In this document: piece by piece, positions 22,447 to 33,212 of the stretch
How positions within the stretch are numbered: the first letter of the stretch is position 1
Layout of the letters: every line of letters starts with the position of its first letter
DNA from: an uncultured Spirochaetota bacterium
Lineage (GTDB): Bacteria > Spirochaetota > Spirochaetia > SZUA-6 > Fen-1364
DNA length: 64,000 nt
NCBI GenBank assembly: GCA_963733835.1
Contig: CAVTER010000010.1
Coordinates: 36,404-100,403 of the forward strand
Direction: 5' to 3'
Made by a program: the position numbers and the translations under genes
The notes under the pieces: model-generated
What the model saw: the letters and a program-made list of their open reading frames with translations, nothing else
Databases searched by the model: none
Told to the model about the DNA's origin: nothing

Positions 22447-23014
22447 CGCCGGTCCACACGTAGGTGCCCTCGACAGGGCCGCTGAAGCTCACCTGGCGGG
22501 TGCGGAAGTCGCCCGCGAACCCCGTGCCGGTGATCGAGGAGCCGTCGTCCCGCCTGATGTGCACGACTGCCTCGGCCGGGGCGGTGAGCCGCTTCGGCTT
22601 GCTCTCCCAGGCCAGGGCAGGGGCGGCAATCTCCGCCTTCTCCGAGGCGGAGTGCACGTGCACGGATCCCGAGACCTCCGCATCCTCGGTGTCCGTGTGG
22701 TACACGACCCGGCGCGCCTCGCCGCTCGTTGCCGGGGTGCTGTCGTCGCCGTACTGGACGAAGCGCACGTCTTCGAGAACCATCTTCTTCTGCGCTCCCC
22801 ACGTCTCGGTGCGGCCCGCGTTGAGCTCCAGCGCGAGCCTGCCCCCCTCGTGCACCTTGTGCGTCACCTCGACTGCCACCGTGTCGGGGATGGTCTCGGG
22901 GGCTTTCTCCTCTCCCTGCACGGCGCCGTAGTCGAGGCTGCAGCCAGCCAGCAGGAAACCCGGGGCGAGCAGGGCCGCGGCCAGGAGCGCGGCAGCCGGG
23001 GATGCGCGGGTCAC
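22427..23014 (-). CDS. lptC: LPS export periplasmic protein LptC
   Basis: Lipobox LLAGC, ITGTGFAGD; synteny pyrG-lptC-lptA-lptB. Confidence 0.72.
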   Translation of the reverse strand: MTRASPAAALLAAALLAPGFLLAGCSLDYGAVQGEEKAPETIPDTVAVEVTHKVHEGGRLALELNAGRTETWGAQKKMVLEDVRFVQYGDDSTPATSGEARRVVYHTDTEDAEVSGSVHVHSASEKAEIAAPALAWESKPKRLTAPAEAVVHIRRDDGSSITGTGFAGDFRTRQVSFSGPVEGTYVWTGDEQDGE

Positions 23015-24633
23015 TTTCGTGGCGCGCCCCTCTTCTTCGCCTCGGCGCAGGCGGCGATGAAGCTCGAGAAGACGGGGCTGGGCGCCAGCGGCCGGGACTT
23101 GAACTCGGGGTGGAACTGCACGCCCACGCCCCACGGGTGGTCGGGCCACTCCACCGACTCCACCAGCGACCCGTCGGGGGTGAGCCCGCTCAGGACGAGG
23201 CCTGCCTCCTGCAGGCGGGGCCGGTAGCGGTTCGCCACCTCGTACCTGTGCCTGTGGCGCTCCGAGATCACCGTCGCCCCGTAGGCGCGGGCGAGCTTCG
23301 TGTCCGGGGCGAGGTGCGTGTCGCTCTTCCCCAGGCGCATGGTCCCGCCGTAGGACTTGATGTCGACCTGTTCTTCCAGGAGGCTCACGACAGGATCCGG
23401 CGTGTCGGGGGAGAACTCGGTGGAATGGGCGGCGGCCAGGCCGAGAGCGCTGCGCGCGTATTCGATCACCATGATCTGGAGGCCCAGGCAGATGCCGAGG
23501 TAGGGCACCTTCTTCTCTCGCGCCCAGCGCGCCGCGCGGATCATGCCCTCGATACCCCGGCTGCCGAACCCGCCGGGCACCAGCACCCCGTCGCACTCCC
23601 CCAGCGCGGCCTCCAGGTCGCGGTTCTCCTCCAGGTCGTCGCCCTCGAACTTCACGAGCTGCACGCGCACGCCGTTGGCGATGCCGCCGTGGTTGAGCGC
23701 CTCGAAGATCGAGATGTACGAGTCGTGCAGGCCCGTGTACTTCCCCACGATGGCCACGCGCACGCCGGCCGACGCGCCGCGGAAGTGGTCGACCACCTTC
23801 TTCCACCCGTCGTTCCATGGCCGCTTCCCCGCCAGCCCCAGCCTGCGCAGGATGATGTCGTCCAGCTTCTGCGCGGCGAAGGACGTGGGGATCTCGTAGA
23901 TGGTCCCTGCAACGTCGTGCGCCGAGACCACGGCGTCCTTGTCCACGTTCGTGAACAGCGCGATCTTTCTGCGCATCTCCTCGTCGGGCGGGTTGTGCGA
24001 ACGCAGCAGCAGCACGTCGGGCTGGATCCCGATCTGGAGAAGCTCGCGCACCGAGTGCTGCGTGGGCTTGGTCTTGGGCTCTCCCATGTAGACCACGGGC
24101 ACCAGGGTGAGGTGCACGAACATCACGTTCTGCCTTCCCAGGTCGTGGATGAACTGGCGGGCCGCCTCGAGGAAGGGGACGCACTCGATGTCGCCCACCG
24201 TGCCGCCGATCTCCACGATGGTGACCTCCACGCCGGGCTGCTCGCCCACGCGGAAGATGCGCGCCTTGATCTCGTCGGTGATGTGCGGGATCACCTGGAC
24301 GGTCTTGCCGAGGAACCTGCCCTCGCGCTCCTTGGTGATCACGGCCTGGTAGACCTGGCCGGTGGTGATCGAGTTGTCCCGCCCCAGGGGTGAGGTGGTG
24401 AAGCGGTTGTAGTTGCCAAGGTCGAGGTCGGTCTCGGCGCCGTCGTCGGTCACGTAGACCTCGCCGTGCTGGTAGGGGTTCATCGTGCCGGCGTCCACGT
24501 TGATGTAGGGATCGATCTTGATCATGCGGATGGCGAACCCGCGGCTTTCCAGGAGGCTGCCGATGGACCCCGCGGCCACGCCCTTGCCCAACCCAGAGCA
24601 CACGCCACCGGTGACGAAGATGTACTTGCTCAT
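23011..24633 (-). CDS. pyrG: CTP synthase
   Basis: [56 protein letters not shown]. Confidence 0.98.
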   Translation of the reverse strand: MSKYIFVTGGVCSGLGKGVAAGSIGSLLESRGFAIRMIKIDPYINVDAGTMNPYQHGEVYVTDDGAETDLDLGNYNRFTTSPLGRDNSITTGQVYQAVITKEREGRFLGKTVQVIPHITDEIKARIFRVGEQPGVEVTIVEIGGTVGDIECVPFLEAARQFIHDLGRQNVMFVHLTLVPVVYMGEPKTKPTQHSVRELLQIGIQPDVLLLRSHNPPDEEMRRKIALFTNVDKDAVVSAHDVAGTIYEIPTSFAAQKLDDIILRRLGLAGKRPWNDGWKKVVDHFRGASAGVRVAIVGKYTGLHDSYISIFEALNHGGIANGVRVQLVKFEGDDLEENRDLEAALGECDGVLVPGGFGSRGIEGMIRAARWAREKKVPYLGICLGLQIMVIEYARSALGLAAAHSTEFSPDTPDPVVSLLEEQVDIKSYGGTMRLGKSDTHLAPDTKLARAYGATVISERHRHRYEVANRYRPRLQEAGLVLSGLTPDGSLVESVEWPDHPWGVGVQFHPEFKSRPLAPSPVFSSFIAACAEAKKRGAPRK

Positions 24634-24685
24634 GGGGACCGTATTATAGAGGAAAAGGGGCCGAGGCTCAACGGAGACAGGGGCC

Positions 24686-24970
24686 CTATGGCGCCTGGTC
24701 TTCCAGCACGACGAGCTGCTTCTTGGTGTTCCAGTGGACGAAGGGGCGCAGGGCATCCATCTGGGCCCTGCTCACGTAGTAGATGCGGCCGCCGTACTTG
24801 ACGATGCCCCCGTCGTAGGCCGCGAAGGGGAGGCGGTAGGTGACGCAGCCCAGGAACTCGGCAAGGTCCCAGCGGGGGCAGTCCTTCAGCTGGGGGATCC
24901 TGCGCAGCGCGGCAAGGCGGATCGTGTCGCCCTTGACCTCGTCGCGGAGGATCTCCTGCCACTTTCCCAT
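24686..24970 (-). CDS. Small hypothetical protein
   Basis: RBS GGAGG; 94-aa ORF MGKWQEILRDEV with host-like codon usage. Confidence 0.7.
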   Translation of the reverse strand: MGKWQEILRDEVKGDTIRLAALRRIPQLKDCPRWDLAEFLGCVTYRLPFAAYDGGIVKYGGRIYYVSRAQMDALRPFVHWNTKKQLVVLEDQAP

Positions 24971-24992
24971 CGGCTCCTCCCGATACCGGCTG

Positions 24993-25852
24993 TCAGCCGC
25001 CGGCCGCCCGGGGGGGCATGGCCTGCAGCTGGGGGTCCGCCTCGACCTGTGCGGGGGTGGGCGAGGCGCATTTTTCCCGGATCCGCGTGATGGAGACGGC
25101 CTTGCCGTCATCCCCGATCTCGATGACCACGCCCTGCATCTCCAGCGTTCCCCACGCCTCTTTCGAATACTCGTGGATCAGGGTGGTGAGCTTTCGGATC
25201 TCGATCTCGGGGTCGAGGCCGGCCACGCTGTCGATGCTCCCCGTGCGGCCGGCGTCGGTGATGACGGCGGTGCCGCCGGGCAGGATCTTCTCGTCGGCGG
25301 TGAGCGCCCGTGTGTGCGTGCCGACCACGGCCGAGACCTTGCCGTCGGCGATGTAGAACATCGTGCCCTTCTCGGCCGTTGTCACCGCGTGGAAGTCCAG
25401 CACGATGGCGTTGGTCTGGGCAGACAGGCCCTCCAGGAGCTTCGGCAGGAGGCTGAACGGGTTTTTCAGGTGTACGCGGCGGAATGCTGCCACGCCCAGC
25501 AGGCTCACGACGGCGATCTTCCTGCCGTTTTTCTCGTAGACCATGAAGCCCGCGCCCGGGATTCTTGGGCGGGTAGTTGGCGGGACGCAGCATGTAGGGC
25601 GCCCGCGACATGTGCTCGACCATGTCCTTCTTGTAGTAGGCGCACTCGCCCGTGGTGATGGCGTCGACGCCCAGCTTGTGCAGGTACACGGCGTGGTTCT
25701 TCCCGATTCCGAACCCGCCGGTGGCGCCCTCGCCGTCGGCGATCGACGAAGTCGATCGCGTGCTCCTGGCGGACCTTCGGCAGCAGCTCCTTCACGCACC
25801 AGATGCCGGACTTGCCGACGATCTCGCCGAGGAACAGGACGCGGAAGGGCAT
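24993..25852 (-). CDS. ymdB: YmdB/TIGR00282 family metallophosphoesterase (variant motifs); frameshifted
   Basis: VLFLGEIVGKSG, LRPANYP, DFHA, VVGTHT, ITDAGRTG. Confidence 0.88.
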
Positions 25853-25912
25853 CAGGCGGGCTCCGCCAGGAGGGGAGCTCTCATTCCTAGAGGATAGCCG
25901 GCGATCGCGTTC

Positions 25913-25942
25913 TTGACAAGTTGCGCCGCTTTTTGCTATCTT
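25913..25942 (+). promoter_or_regulatory. Sigma-70 promoter for tRNA-Leu
   Basis: TTGACA-18-TATCTT with extended TG, ending just upstream of the tRNA. Confidence 0.6.
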
Positions 25943-25951
25943 TCCCCCTGC

Positions 25952-26036
25952 GCCCGGATGGTGGAATTTGGTAGACACGCTAGATTCAGGGTCTAGTGCT
26001 CGCAAGGGCATGGAGGTTCAAGTCCTCTTCCGGGCA
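25952..26036 (+). tRNA. tRNA-Leu (anticodon CAG)
   Basis: GCCCGGA acceptor stem, anticodon arm CTAGA-TTCAGGG-TCTAG, long variable arm, GGTTCAAGTCC T-loop. Confidence 0.96.
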
Positions 26037-26277
26037 ATCGCAAATCCTTACAGCACGGTAGTGTAGCCCGCCCCCCCTCTTCCTCCGGTTCCATTGACCA
26101 GATGGCCACTTGCTCGCCTGGCGACGCACAGGCTTCCCTTCGAGGTCGGGCACCGATGCAGAAAGCCGCGGCCGAGACCGATGCAAGGTGATGCGTGGCC
26201 GCGATCCGAACGAGAGGTCCCGCGGTGGGCCTTCCACCGGACATGTTCTTTCTCGGATCAGTGTCCGCGCTGGTTGT

Positions 26278-27264
26278 CTATGCCACTTCTCTGCGCTTCC
26301 GTATCGTGTCAATGAAGACGGCCGTCAGGATGACCGCGCCCTGCACCACTCCCTTGAAGAAGGGATCCACGTTCAGCAGGTTGAGGCCGTTGTTCAGAAC
26401 TCCGAGAATCAACACCCCTATCAACGTACCGAATATTGTTCCCCGGCCGCCCGCGAGACTTGCTCCGCCAATGACGACCGCTCCGATGGCATCCAATTCC
26501 AGCCCATTCCCCGCGGTTGGTATTGCGGTGCCCAATCGTGAGGTCAGGACGACCCCCGCCAATCCGGCTGTGAAGCCGCAGAAGGCAAATGCTGCGGTCT
26601 CGATCCTGTCCGTGTTGAGCCCGGAGAGCTTCGAAGCCTCCCGGTTGCCCCCGACGGCATACAATCCCCTGCCGAACGAGGTGAAGCGAAGAACATAGAA
26701 GGCGATCAGGAAGACCACCAGCACCAGGACGACCGGCACGGGAACAACGCCGGCGATGAATCCATTGCCGATGAACTGGAACCTCGACGACAGCCCCGCA
26801 ATCGTCTTCCCCTGCAGGAAGACCATTGTCAGGCCCCTGGCGATGGTCATCCCGCCGAGGGTGACGATGAAGGCAGGCATCTTCAGCTTGCTGATCAACA
26901 GGCCCTGGGAGAGCCCGAAGAGGGTACCGACGGCCAACATGGTCACTATGCCGAGCGAGATCGGCAAGCCCGACTTGATGACGCTCGCGCCTATGGCCGA
27001 TGCGATGGCCAGGACGGAGCCGACCGACAGGTCGATGCCGCCCGTGAGAATGACGTAGGTCATTCCCACCGTGACCAGCCCTGTTGTCGTGGATTGGACG
27101 ATGATGTTCATGAAGTTCTTCACGGTGAAGAACCTGTCCGTCAACAGCGACAGGATTATGCACAGCAGGATCAATGCAGCCAGAATCAGGTTGTTGGAGA
27201 CGATCTTGAAGAAAGATCGCTCCCTGAGTCTCTTTGCATTCTGGCCGGGCTTATACTGTTCCAT
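26278..27264 (-). CDS. Sugar ABC transporter permease (RbsC-like)
   Basis: TGGIDLSVGS, PAFIVTLG, GRGLYAVGGNREAS, AVVIGGASLAGG. Confidence 0.93.
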   Translation of the reverse strand: MEQYKPGQNAKRLRERSFFKIVSNNLILAALILLCIILSLLTDRFFTVKNFMNIIVQSTTTGLVTVGMTYVILTGGIDLSVGSVLAIASAIGASVIKSGLPISLGIVTMLAVGTLFGLSQGLLISKLKMPAFIVTLGGMTIARGLTMVFLQGKTIAGLSSRFQFIGNGFIAGVVPVPVVLVLVVFLIAFYVLRFTSFGRGLYAVGGNREASKLSGLNTDRIETAAFAFCGFTAGLAGVVLTSRLGTAIPTAGNGLELDAIGAVVIGGASLAGGRGTIFGTLIGVLILGVLNNGLNLLNVDPFFKGVVQGAVILTAVFIDTIRKRREVA

Positions 27265-28786
27265 TACTCGCGTCTCCCCCTATCGCGTACTTGATGACAT
27301 TTTCCTGGGACAGCTCGCTCCTGTCGAGAATCACCTGCATCTTCCCCTCATGCATGACGCCGACACGGTCGCTCATGCCGATGACTTCGACAAGCTCTGA
27401 AGAAATCAGTATGACCGCCTTCTGGCTCTGGGTGAGCCTGCTGATGAGCTCGTATATCTCCGCCTTTGTCTTGACGTCGATCCCCCTGGTGGGATCGTCA
27501 AGAATCATGATGTCGGGCGCTGTCTCGAGACTCTTTCCCAGGACCACCTTCTGCTGGTTGCCTCCCGACAGTGTCACGATCTCCTGCGCTCGTCCGGTGC
27601 ACTTGATGTCGAGCTTCTGTATTTCACGATCAGCCATCTCTTTTTCCTGCTTGCTGTCGATGAAGCCGAATACCTTCCGGATTCGTCTCAGCATTGCCAG
27701 GGAGATATTCATTTCGATTGTCTGGTTGACGATGAGTCCTTGCAGCTTCCTGTCTTCCGGGACCAGGAATATTCCCTTCCTGATTGCCTGCTGCGGGCTT
27801 TCGATATCCACTTTCCTGCCCCTGATGAATACCTCGCCGCTCGTCTTCCTGTCCGCCCCGTAGATGAGGCGGACAAGCTCGCTCCGCCCGGACCCGACCA
27901 ACCCGGCAATGCCGAACACCTCGCCCGCCCGGACGCCGAAGCTGACGTTCTGGACAGATGCTCCCCTCGACAAGCCCCTGACTTCAAGGAGCAGCTCTCC
28001 CGGTGTGCTGTCCTTCGCCGGAAATCTCTGGGATATCTCTCTGCCCACCATCGTCCGCACAAGCTCATCGTTGTTGGTCTCCTCGACGAGACGGACTCCC
28101 ATGTCCTGTCCATCGCGCAGCACCTGGACCCTGTTGCAGCACCTGAATATCTCCTCGAGCTTGTGCGAGATGAACACGATGCCGACGTTGTTCCTCTTGA
28201 GAGTCTCAATGACTTCGAACAGGTGTTCGGTTTCTTCCGCGGTCAACGACGAGGTCGGTTCATCCATCAGGATCACTTTTGCATCCGCGGAAAGGGCCTT
28301 TGCGATCTCCACGAGCTGTCGCGAAGCGATCGACAGGTACCTGAGCTCGGTTTTCGGATCGAGATTGAAGCCGAACTTTTCCAGCAGGTGCTTCGCGTCC
28401 TTGAACAACTTCCTGTACGATATTCTCCCGAGGGTTGCCTTGGGCAGTCGCCCCATGTAGATGTTTTCCGCGACCGACAGATTGTGCATCAGTTTCAGCT
28501 CCTGATGGACTATCGCGATGCCCAGCTCCCGCGCATGTCGTGGGCCATCTATCTCTGTCGGTCTTCCGTCAATGACGATCTGTCCGCGGTCGGGCTTGTA
28601 GATGCCGCTCAGAACGTTCAGCAGGGTGGATTTCCCCGCGCCGTTTTCGCCCAAGAGTCCCAGGACCTCCCCGGAATGTACCTTGATGCTCACACTGTCC
28701 AGGGCTTTCACACCGGGGAACTGCTTGGAAATGTTGTCAGCATGCAGGACTACAGCCATTGCACTGTTCACTCCCTCTCGAGTCAT
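27251..28786 (-). CDS. Sugar ABC transporter ATP-binding protein (RbsA-like)
   Basis: GENGAGKST, DEPTSSL, LSGGNQQKV, two NBD halves. Confidence 0.94.
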   Translation of the reverse strand: MTREGVNSAMAVVLHADNISKQFPGVKALDSVSIKVHSGEVLGLLGENGAGKSTLLNVLSGIYKPDRGQIVIDGRPTEIDGPRHARELGIAIVHQELKLMHNLSVAENIYMGRLPKATLGRISYRKLFKDAKHLLEKFGFNLDPKTELRYLSIASRQLVEIAKALSADAKVILMDEPTSSLTAEETEHLFEVIETLKRNNVGIVFISHKLEEIFRCCNRVQVLRDGQDMGVRLVEETNNDELVRTMVGREISQRFPAKDSTPGELLLEVRGLSRGASVQNVSFGVRAGEVFGIAGLVGSGRSELVRLIYGADRKTSGEVFIRGRKVDIESPQQAIRKGIFLVPEDRKLQGLIVNQTIEMNISLAMLRRIRKVFGFIDSKQEKEMADREIQKLDIKCTGRAQEIVTLSGGNQQKVVLGKSLETAPDIMILDDPTRGIDVKTKAEIYELISRLTQSQKAVILISSELVEVIGMSDRVGVMHEGKMQVILDRSELSQENVIKYAIGGDASNGTV

Positions 28787-29013
28787 CGTTCCCCGCCTGC
28801 CTGCCAGGGGAGGAAGGGCGAAGACCCCGGAAATATCCGATGCGCGGTTCTCAGAGTACGGGACGGATCAATCCATTATTCCAATCATATCCATTTCGTT
28901 GGTGGTGTCCAGCGGCAGGGCTGCACCGGCTCCTCCTGGCGTCGGGGGAAGCGCCTCGGGCTCCAGCCAGGCAGCAGGCATCACTGGCGGCGGCGCATCT
29001 GAACGGAAAATGA

Positions 29014-29042
29014 CTCAGGCCCTGTTCAGCACAGGGCCTGAG
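29014..29042. terminator. Perfect 12-bp hairpin downstream of the binding-protein gene (stabiliser or terminator)
   Basis: CTCAGGCCCTGT-TCAGC-ACAGGGCCTGAG. Confidence 0.6.
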
Positions 29043-29154
29043 ATGACATGTCTGCGTCCGCCCGCGATGAGGCCGCCCGTGCTCAATGATCGGCAGACGG
29101 GCGACCTGCGGAAATGGCTGTCAAAGAGCGAACGGAAGGGGACCCCGGCTGATG

Positions 29155-30153
29155 CTATTTTACCGCGATTCCCCAGTTGTTCGGATCGTCGGCATTCTTG
29201 ATGTCGATGACATAGAACGGGTTGTAGATGCGCTTTGCCACCGGCTTCTTGTTGATGACATCAAGGGCCAGCTCGACGGCCTTCGCACCCATGGTAATCG
29301 GCGCCTGGGATATCGTTGCGTCTTTCTTGCCCTGCTTGATCGCCGTAATCGCATCAAAGGTGCCGTCAATTCCTATGATGTAGATGTGACCGGGCTGCCC
29401 GACCGGCTTCAGCAAACCTGCCCCTTCGATCGCTTTCAGTGCGCCGAGGGTGCAGTCGTCATTGTGGCCGTACACCGCGTCGATCTGGGGATTGGCCTGA
29501 ATGATGTCCTGCATCACGTTCAGGGATTTCTCCTGGTTGAAGTCGCCGGCCTGCCGGGCCACGACCTTGATGTTCGGGTACTTCGCGATCGCCCTGTTGA
29601 AACCCTCGCCCCGATCCCTTGCCGCCGAGGTTCCAATGAGCCCCTGGATTTCCACGACGTTTCCCTTCGGCTCGCCGTACTTCTTCGTGAGGAAATCCAC
29701 GATGCTCTTCGCCCCGAGCTCGCCCATGGCGATGTTGTCTGTCTCAATGAAACAGGCGTAATCCTTCCCTGTCGATCCACGGTCGCAGTAAATGACCGGA
29801 ATGCCTGCTGCGGCCGCCTTCTTCTCCGAGGCGACGATGGCATCACTGTCCACCGGGTTGCAGATGATTGCGGCCACTCCCTGTTGAATCAGGTCCTCCA
29901 TCTGCGAAGCCTGCTTGGGGATGTCTCCGTCCGCATTCGTCTCCAGCAGGGTAACCCCCAGCTTCTTCGCCGCATCCACGACGCCCATCCTCATGCCGAC
30001 AAAGAAGACATTGTTCAGGGTCGCCATGCTGAAGCCGACCTTGACCCCAGCCTTTCCGCCCTGCGCTGCGCCTTCCTTGTTGCCCGCCGCGGGCATCAGT
30101 GCGACCGCGAAAAGCATCAGGACAATCACCACTGCCCATCTCGTCCGTCTCAT
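29155..30153 (-). CDS. Sugar ABC transporter substrate-binding protein (RbsB-like)
   Basis: Signal peptide ending AAGNKE, TLNNVFF, NPVDSD, ARDRGEGF, YGHNDD, GIDG. Confidence 0.92.
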   Translation of the reverse strand: MRRTRWAVVIVLMLFAVALMPAAGNKEGAAQGGKAGVKVGFSMATLNNVFFVGMRMGVVDAAKKLGVTLLETNADGDIPKQASQMEDLIQQGVAAIICNPVDSDAIVASEKKAAAAGIPVIYCDRGSTGKDYACFIETDNIAMGELGAKSIVDFLTKKYGEPKGNVVEIQGLIGTSAARDRGEGFNRAIAKYPNIKVVARQAGDFNQEKSLNVMQDIIQANPQIDAVYGHNDDCTLGALKAIEGAGLLKPVGQPGHIYIIGIDGTFDAITAIKQGKKDATISQAPITMGAKAVELALDVINKKPVAKRIYNPFYVIDIKNADDPNNWGIAVK

Positions 30154-30197
30154 GTAGCTCCTCCATCTTGAAATAGGATTCAAACAACCAAACAGGA

Positions 30198-30250
30198 AGT
30201 ATAGAATCCCGATTTCGTTGCTGTCAAGAATGTCAATTCGTCCCTGTCAA
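30198..30250 (-). promoter_or_regulatory. Sigma-70 promoter of the sugar ABC operon, with three TTGACA copies
   Basis: Minus strand TTGACA(30227-30222)-18-TATACT(30203-30198); extra TTGACA at 30231-30236 and 30245-30250. Confidence 0.55.
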
Positions 30251-30836
30251 CGCGCTTTCGAAATGTTCCCTCCGGCTACGCAGGCAGGCGGAGCAGTCTC
30301 ACGGGCCGCCCGCAACGAGAGCAGCCCAGGGGGTGGGGCGTGCGTGGCCACGTGCCCCGAGTCCGCGACGAGGACAAGCCGCAGCCCCGGATGAGCCGAG
30401 TCCGCGAGTCGGGCACGTGCCGGAGGACTCCGGCAGGAAACGCTGTTGCCGAGAAGATCCTGGGATCGATTCGAAAGCAGTCGCCGCGCGAAGCACGGGA
30501 GACCCCCTCGTTCCTGCTCTCCGCCCAGCTGCCCCGGGCAGTCGACTGGGCGAGGGAGCCGACACATGGATCTGCGCACAGCCGCGATGGGCTCGCGACC
30601 TGCAGGGTATTGTTGACCGATTTCACAGCCGGACATACAATCTTCTGTAGAGAGCGACGGGACGCGGCGTTCCTGCCGTGCGAACCGCTGCAAATGAAAA
30701 ACCGTTGTGCTACCGGAAAGACCTGGAAATCCAAGAGAGAAGCCAGTGGTACCCCTGCGGGAATGCATGGGTGGATGGGGATCGCCCACGACCCGGACGC
30801 CGCGCCTGTCCGTGTTCAGAAGCAGGAGGCTGAGAA

Positions 30837-31740
30837 ATGAGGAGGAATCGCACGAGGCTCCTGCCCGCGGTGATCGTCGCTGCCTGCGGGCTGCTGGGGG
30901 CGTTCCCCGGCACAGATTGGCGCCGATCCGGCAGGGGCCCCGGTCCCCGTCGAGCGGCGCATCGAGGGCACGTGGATCAGCTCGGTCGCGAGATATCCCA
31001 TGAAGATCCTCTTCACAGACGGTGGGCGGCAGGAGTTCTACCTGGGGATCCTGGATCCACGGCCCATGTACTGGGTGGAGTACACGATGGACGGGAAGAC
31101 CGCGGGCCCCGACGGGACCGAGTGGCTGCAGATGACTCTTTCCTGCGTGCAGCCCTTCTGCGTCGAGAGAGAGGTCGAGGCGTACGGGCTGGTGGCCGTC
31201 TCGGCGGACGGGACGCGGCTCTCCATCGTTCTGCAGGACAGCAGGCCGTCGGCCGCCACGGCGGCGGCGAGCGCCTTGCTGTTCTACAGGGCGGGGACTC
31301 CCGAGGCTGCATCGGTGAAGGACCTCCCGTCGGAATCGGCCTGGGTCGCGATCGACCGCTCCGCCCCGGCCTGCCTGGTCTTCGCCGGTCTCGCGGACGA
31401 GGCCGAGGTCAGGGACCTGCGGGAGGGTGGATGGCGGGATGCCGAGGTGATCGCGTGGGCTGCATTCGTGCCCCAGGCCGCCAGGATCATCGAGGGCTTC
31501 GTCGTGCATGACGACTACAGGAACATCCACCTCGTGCCCGGCGTCGTGGCTCTCCTTCGTGGCGGCGTCACCCCGGTGGGCGTCACGTGGAACAGCGGGG
31601 TCGCGATCACGAACCTGGACTTCGAGCTGGCAGCGGAGAACTACGAGCTGTTCCGAGCCGACGAGTCCCGGTACGACCGGGAGAAGTTCCTGTTCCCGCA
31701 CGATCCTCAGGAGCACTTCCAGGGGCTCCTCGGCTGGTGA
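30837..31740 (+). CDS. Secreted hypothetical protein (1-nt frameshift near 30908)
   Basis: Signal peptide MRRNRTRLLPAVIVAACGLL joins the 31000..31740 frame after one indel. Confidence 0.65.
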
Positions 31741-31790
31741 GCTGGCCCGCAGGACGGTGGTCCCCGCGCTCGGAGGACGGGCGCCCCGTC

Positions 31791-33066
31791 TCAGGCCAGC
31801 AGCTTCGCGAGGTAGCGCGATTTCATCTGCCTGCTCGCCATGGCCTGCTTGATCGGCGGCAGCTTCAGGATGACCCCGAGGACCGCGGCCATCGCCCTGT
31901 GGCTGGCCAGGGCGTTGTTGTCGAAGATGAGGTTCTGCAGCTTCCCCCGCTCGATCGCCATGACCACGGCGCGATGGGTCGAGTTGACGGGTGTGATGAC
32001 GCGCTCGGGCCGGGAGGCAAGAGACAGCGCCTTCGACGTGCACGCGCGCACGCACACGCCGCAGCCCAGGCAGATGTCCTCGTTCACGCGCGCCTTCTTC
32101 TTCTTCGCGTTGCGCGGATCGTTGGCGGACACCAAGCCCGATCGCCTCCACGGGACACGCATTCGCGCAGGCGCCGCAGCCCGTGCAGGCGCCGCGGTCC
32201 ACGACGGGAAGGAAGTTCGTCGTGTGGATCGGGTTCAGGACGCCGAACCGGCGCGCGGCGATCATCGCCTCGCAGCAGCAGCCGCAGCAGTTGCAGATGA
32301 AGCTCACGCTGTTCTGCACGTTCTCGCCGAACTGGACCAGCCCCCTGGCCTGCGCCTCCTGCAGGACATCCAGTCGCTTCGCTCACGTCGACCGACCGCG
32401 CAAAGCCGTGGGCGATGAGCGACGGAGGCGGTGCCGTTGAAGGTCATGCAGTTGTCCTTCGGCGCGTCGCAGTCCCTGCCGACGTGCTGCATCTTGTGCC
32501 TGCAGTAGCAGACGCCGATGCCTCGGTGCGAGGCGGTCTTCACGACCTCGCTTGCCCGCTCGTAGTCCAGCACGTGCAGGCTGTTCTCGGCCGAGAGCAT
32601 CCGCCTCCTGGACGAAGGTCCTGCCCAGCTGTGTCTCTCCCTTGTAGAAGAGGGCCTTGATGAAGTCCTCCTCCACGTTGAGGTATTGGTAGTACAGCTC
32701 AGCCAGCAGCTTCTGGTCGACGTCGGAGCGGATCCTCATCATGGAGAACTCGAAGAACCCCGCCATGGGCGGAGGCAGGAAATACGTCAGCCTCCCGTTG
32801 GGGTCCTCGACGTCCAGGAGGATCGCGCGATCTGCCAGGGCGTCCAGGACGAGACGGGCTTCATCGACCGACAGGTGCCACGCCCGTGCCGCCTGCTCCG
32901 CGGTGAAGGGCTTGATCGGCAGCAGGGCGACCAGGCGCGCCTCCTTCTCGCTGAACAGGAGAGAGAGGATCCTGTACAGCACGTCGGCGGGCGGGGCTCC
33001 CTGCGGGAATCGGTTCAGTCGTTCGACGAGGCTCGCGTATCCCGACTTGAGGGTTGTGTGCGCCAT
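31791..33066 (-). CDS. 4Fe-4S dicluster domain protein; frameshifted
   Basis: CYCRH, ICNCCGCCC, CTGCGACANACP, CLGCGVCVRAC. Confidence 0.88.
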
Positions 33067-33212
33067 GAGGCGCTCAGGGTACCGCACTCCTCTTCCCGGC
33101 GCAAGGTTTCGCGCCGGATCAGGCGAACGCGGTGCTCACGACCCACGCGAGGCCGGCGATGAACAGCACGACGTCGGACGAGAAGCAGCCGAGCTGCATG
33201 TTCATCACACTG

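Noticed and set aside
1-25852. Frameshifts in lon, uvrC, holA, lexA, the ntrYX-like genes, lptB and ymdB suggesting mass pseudogenisation or programmed frameshifting
   Set aside because: Scattered single-base indels in GC runs hit essential genes while motifs stay intact; this is typical of long-read consensus error
30276-30830. ORFs in the long intergenic region
   Set aside because: No recognisable motifs, atypical codon usage and no clear RBS
26020-33105. Possible attL/attR pair (TCCTCTTCC in the tRNA 3' end and near 33088)
   Set aside because: Only 9 bp match, and no integrase is present in the window
33119-33205. 28-aa hydrophobic ORF (MNMQLGCFSS...) on the minus strand
   Set aside because: No RBS or supporting signal; it could be chance
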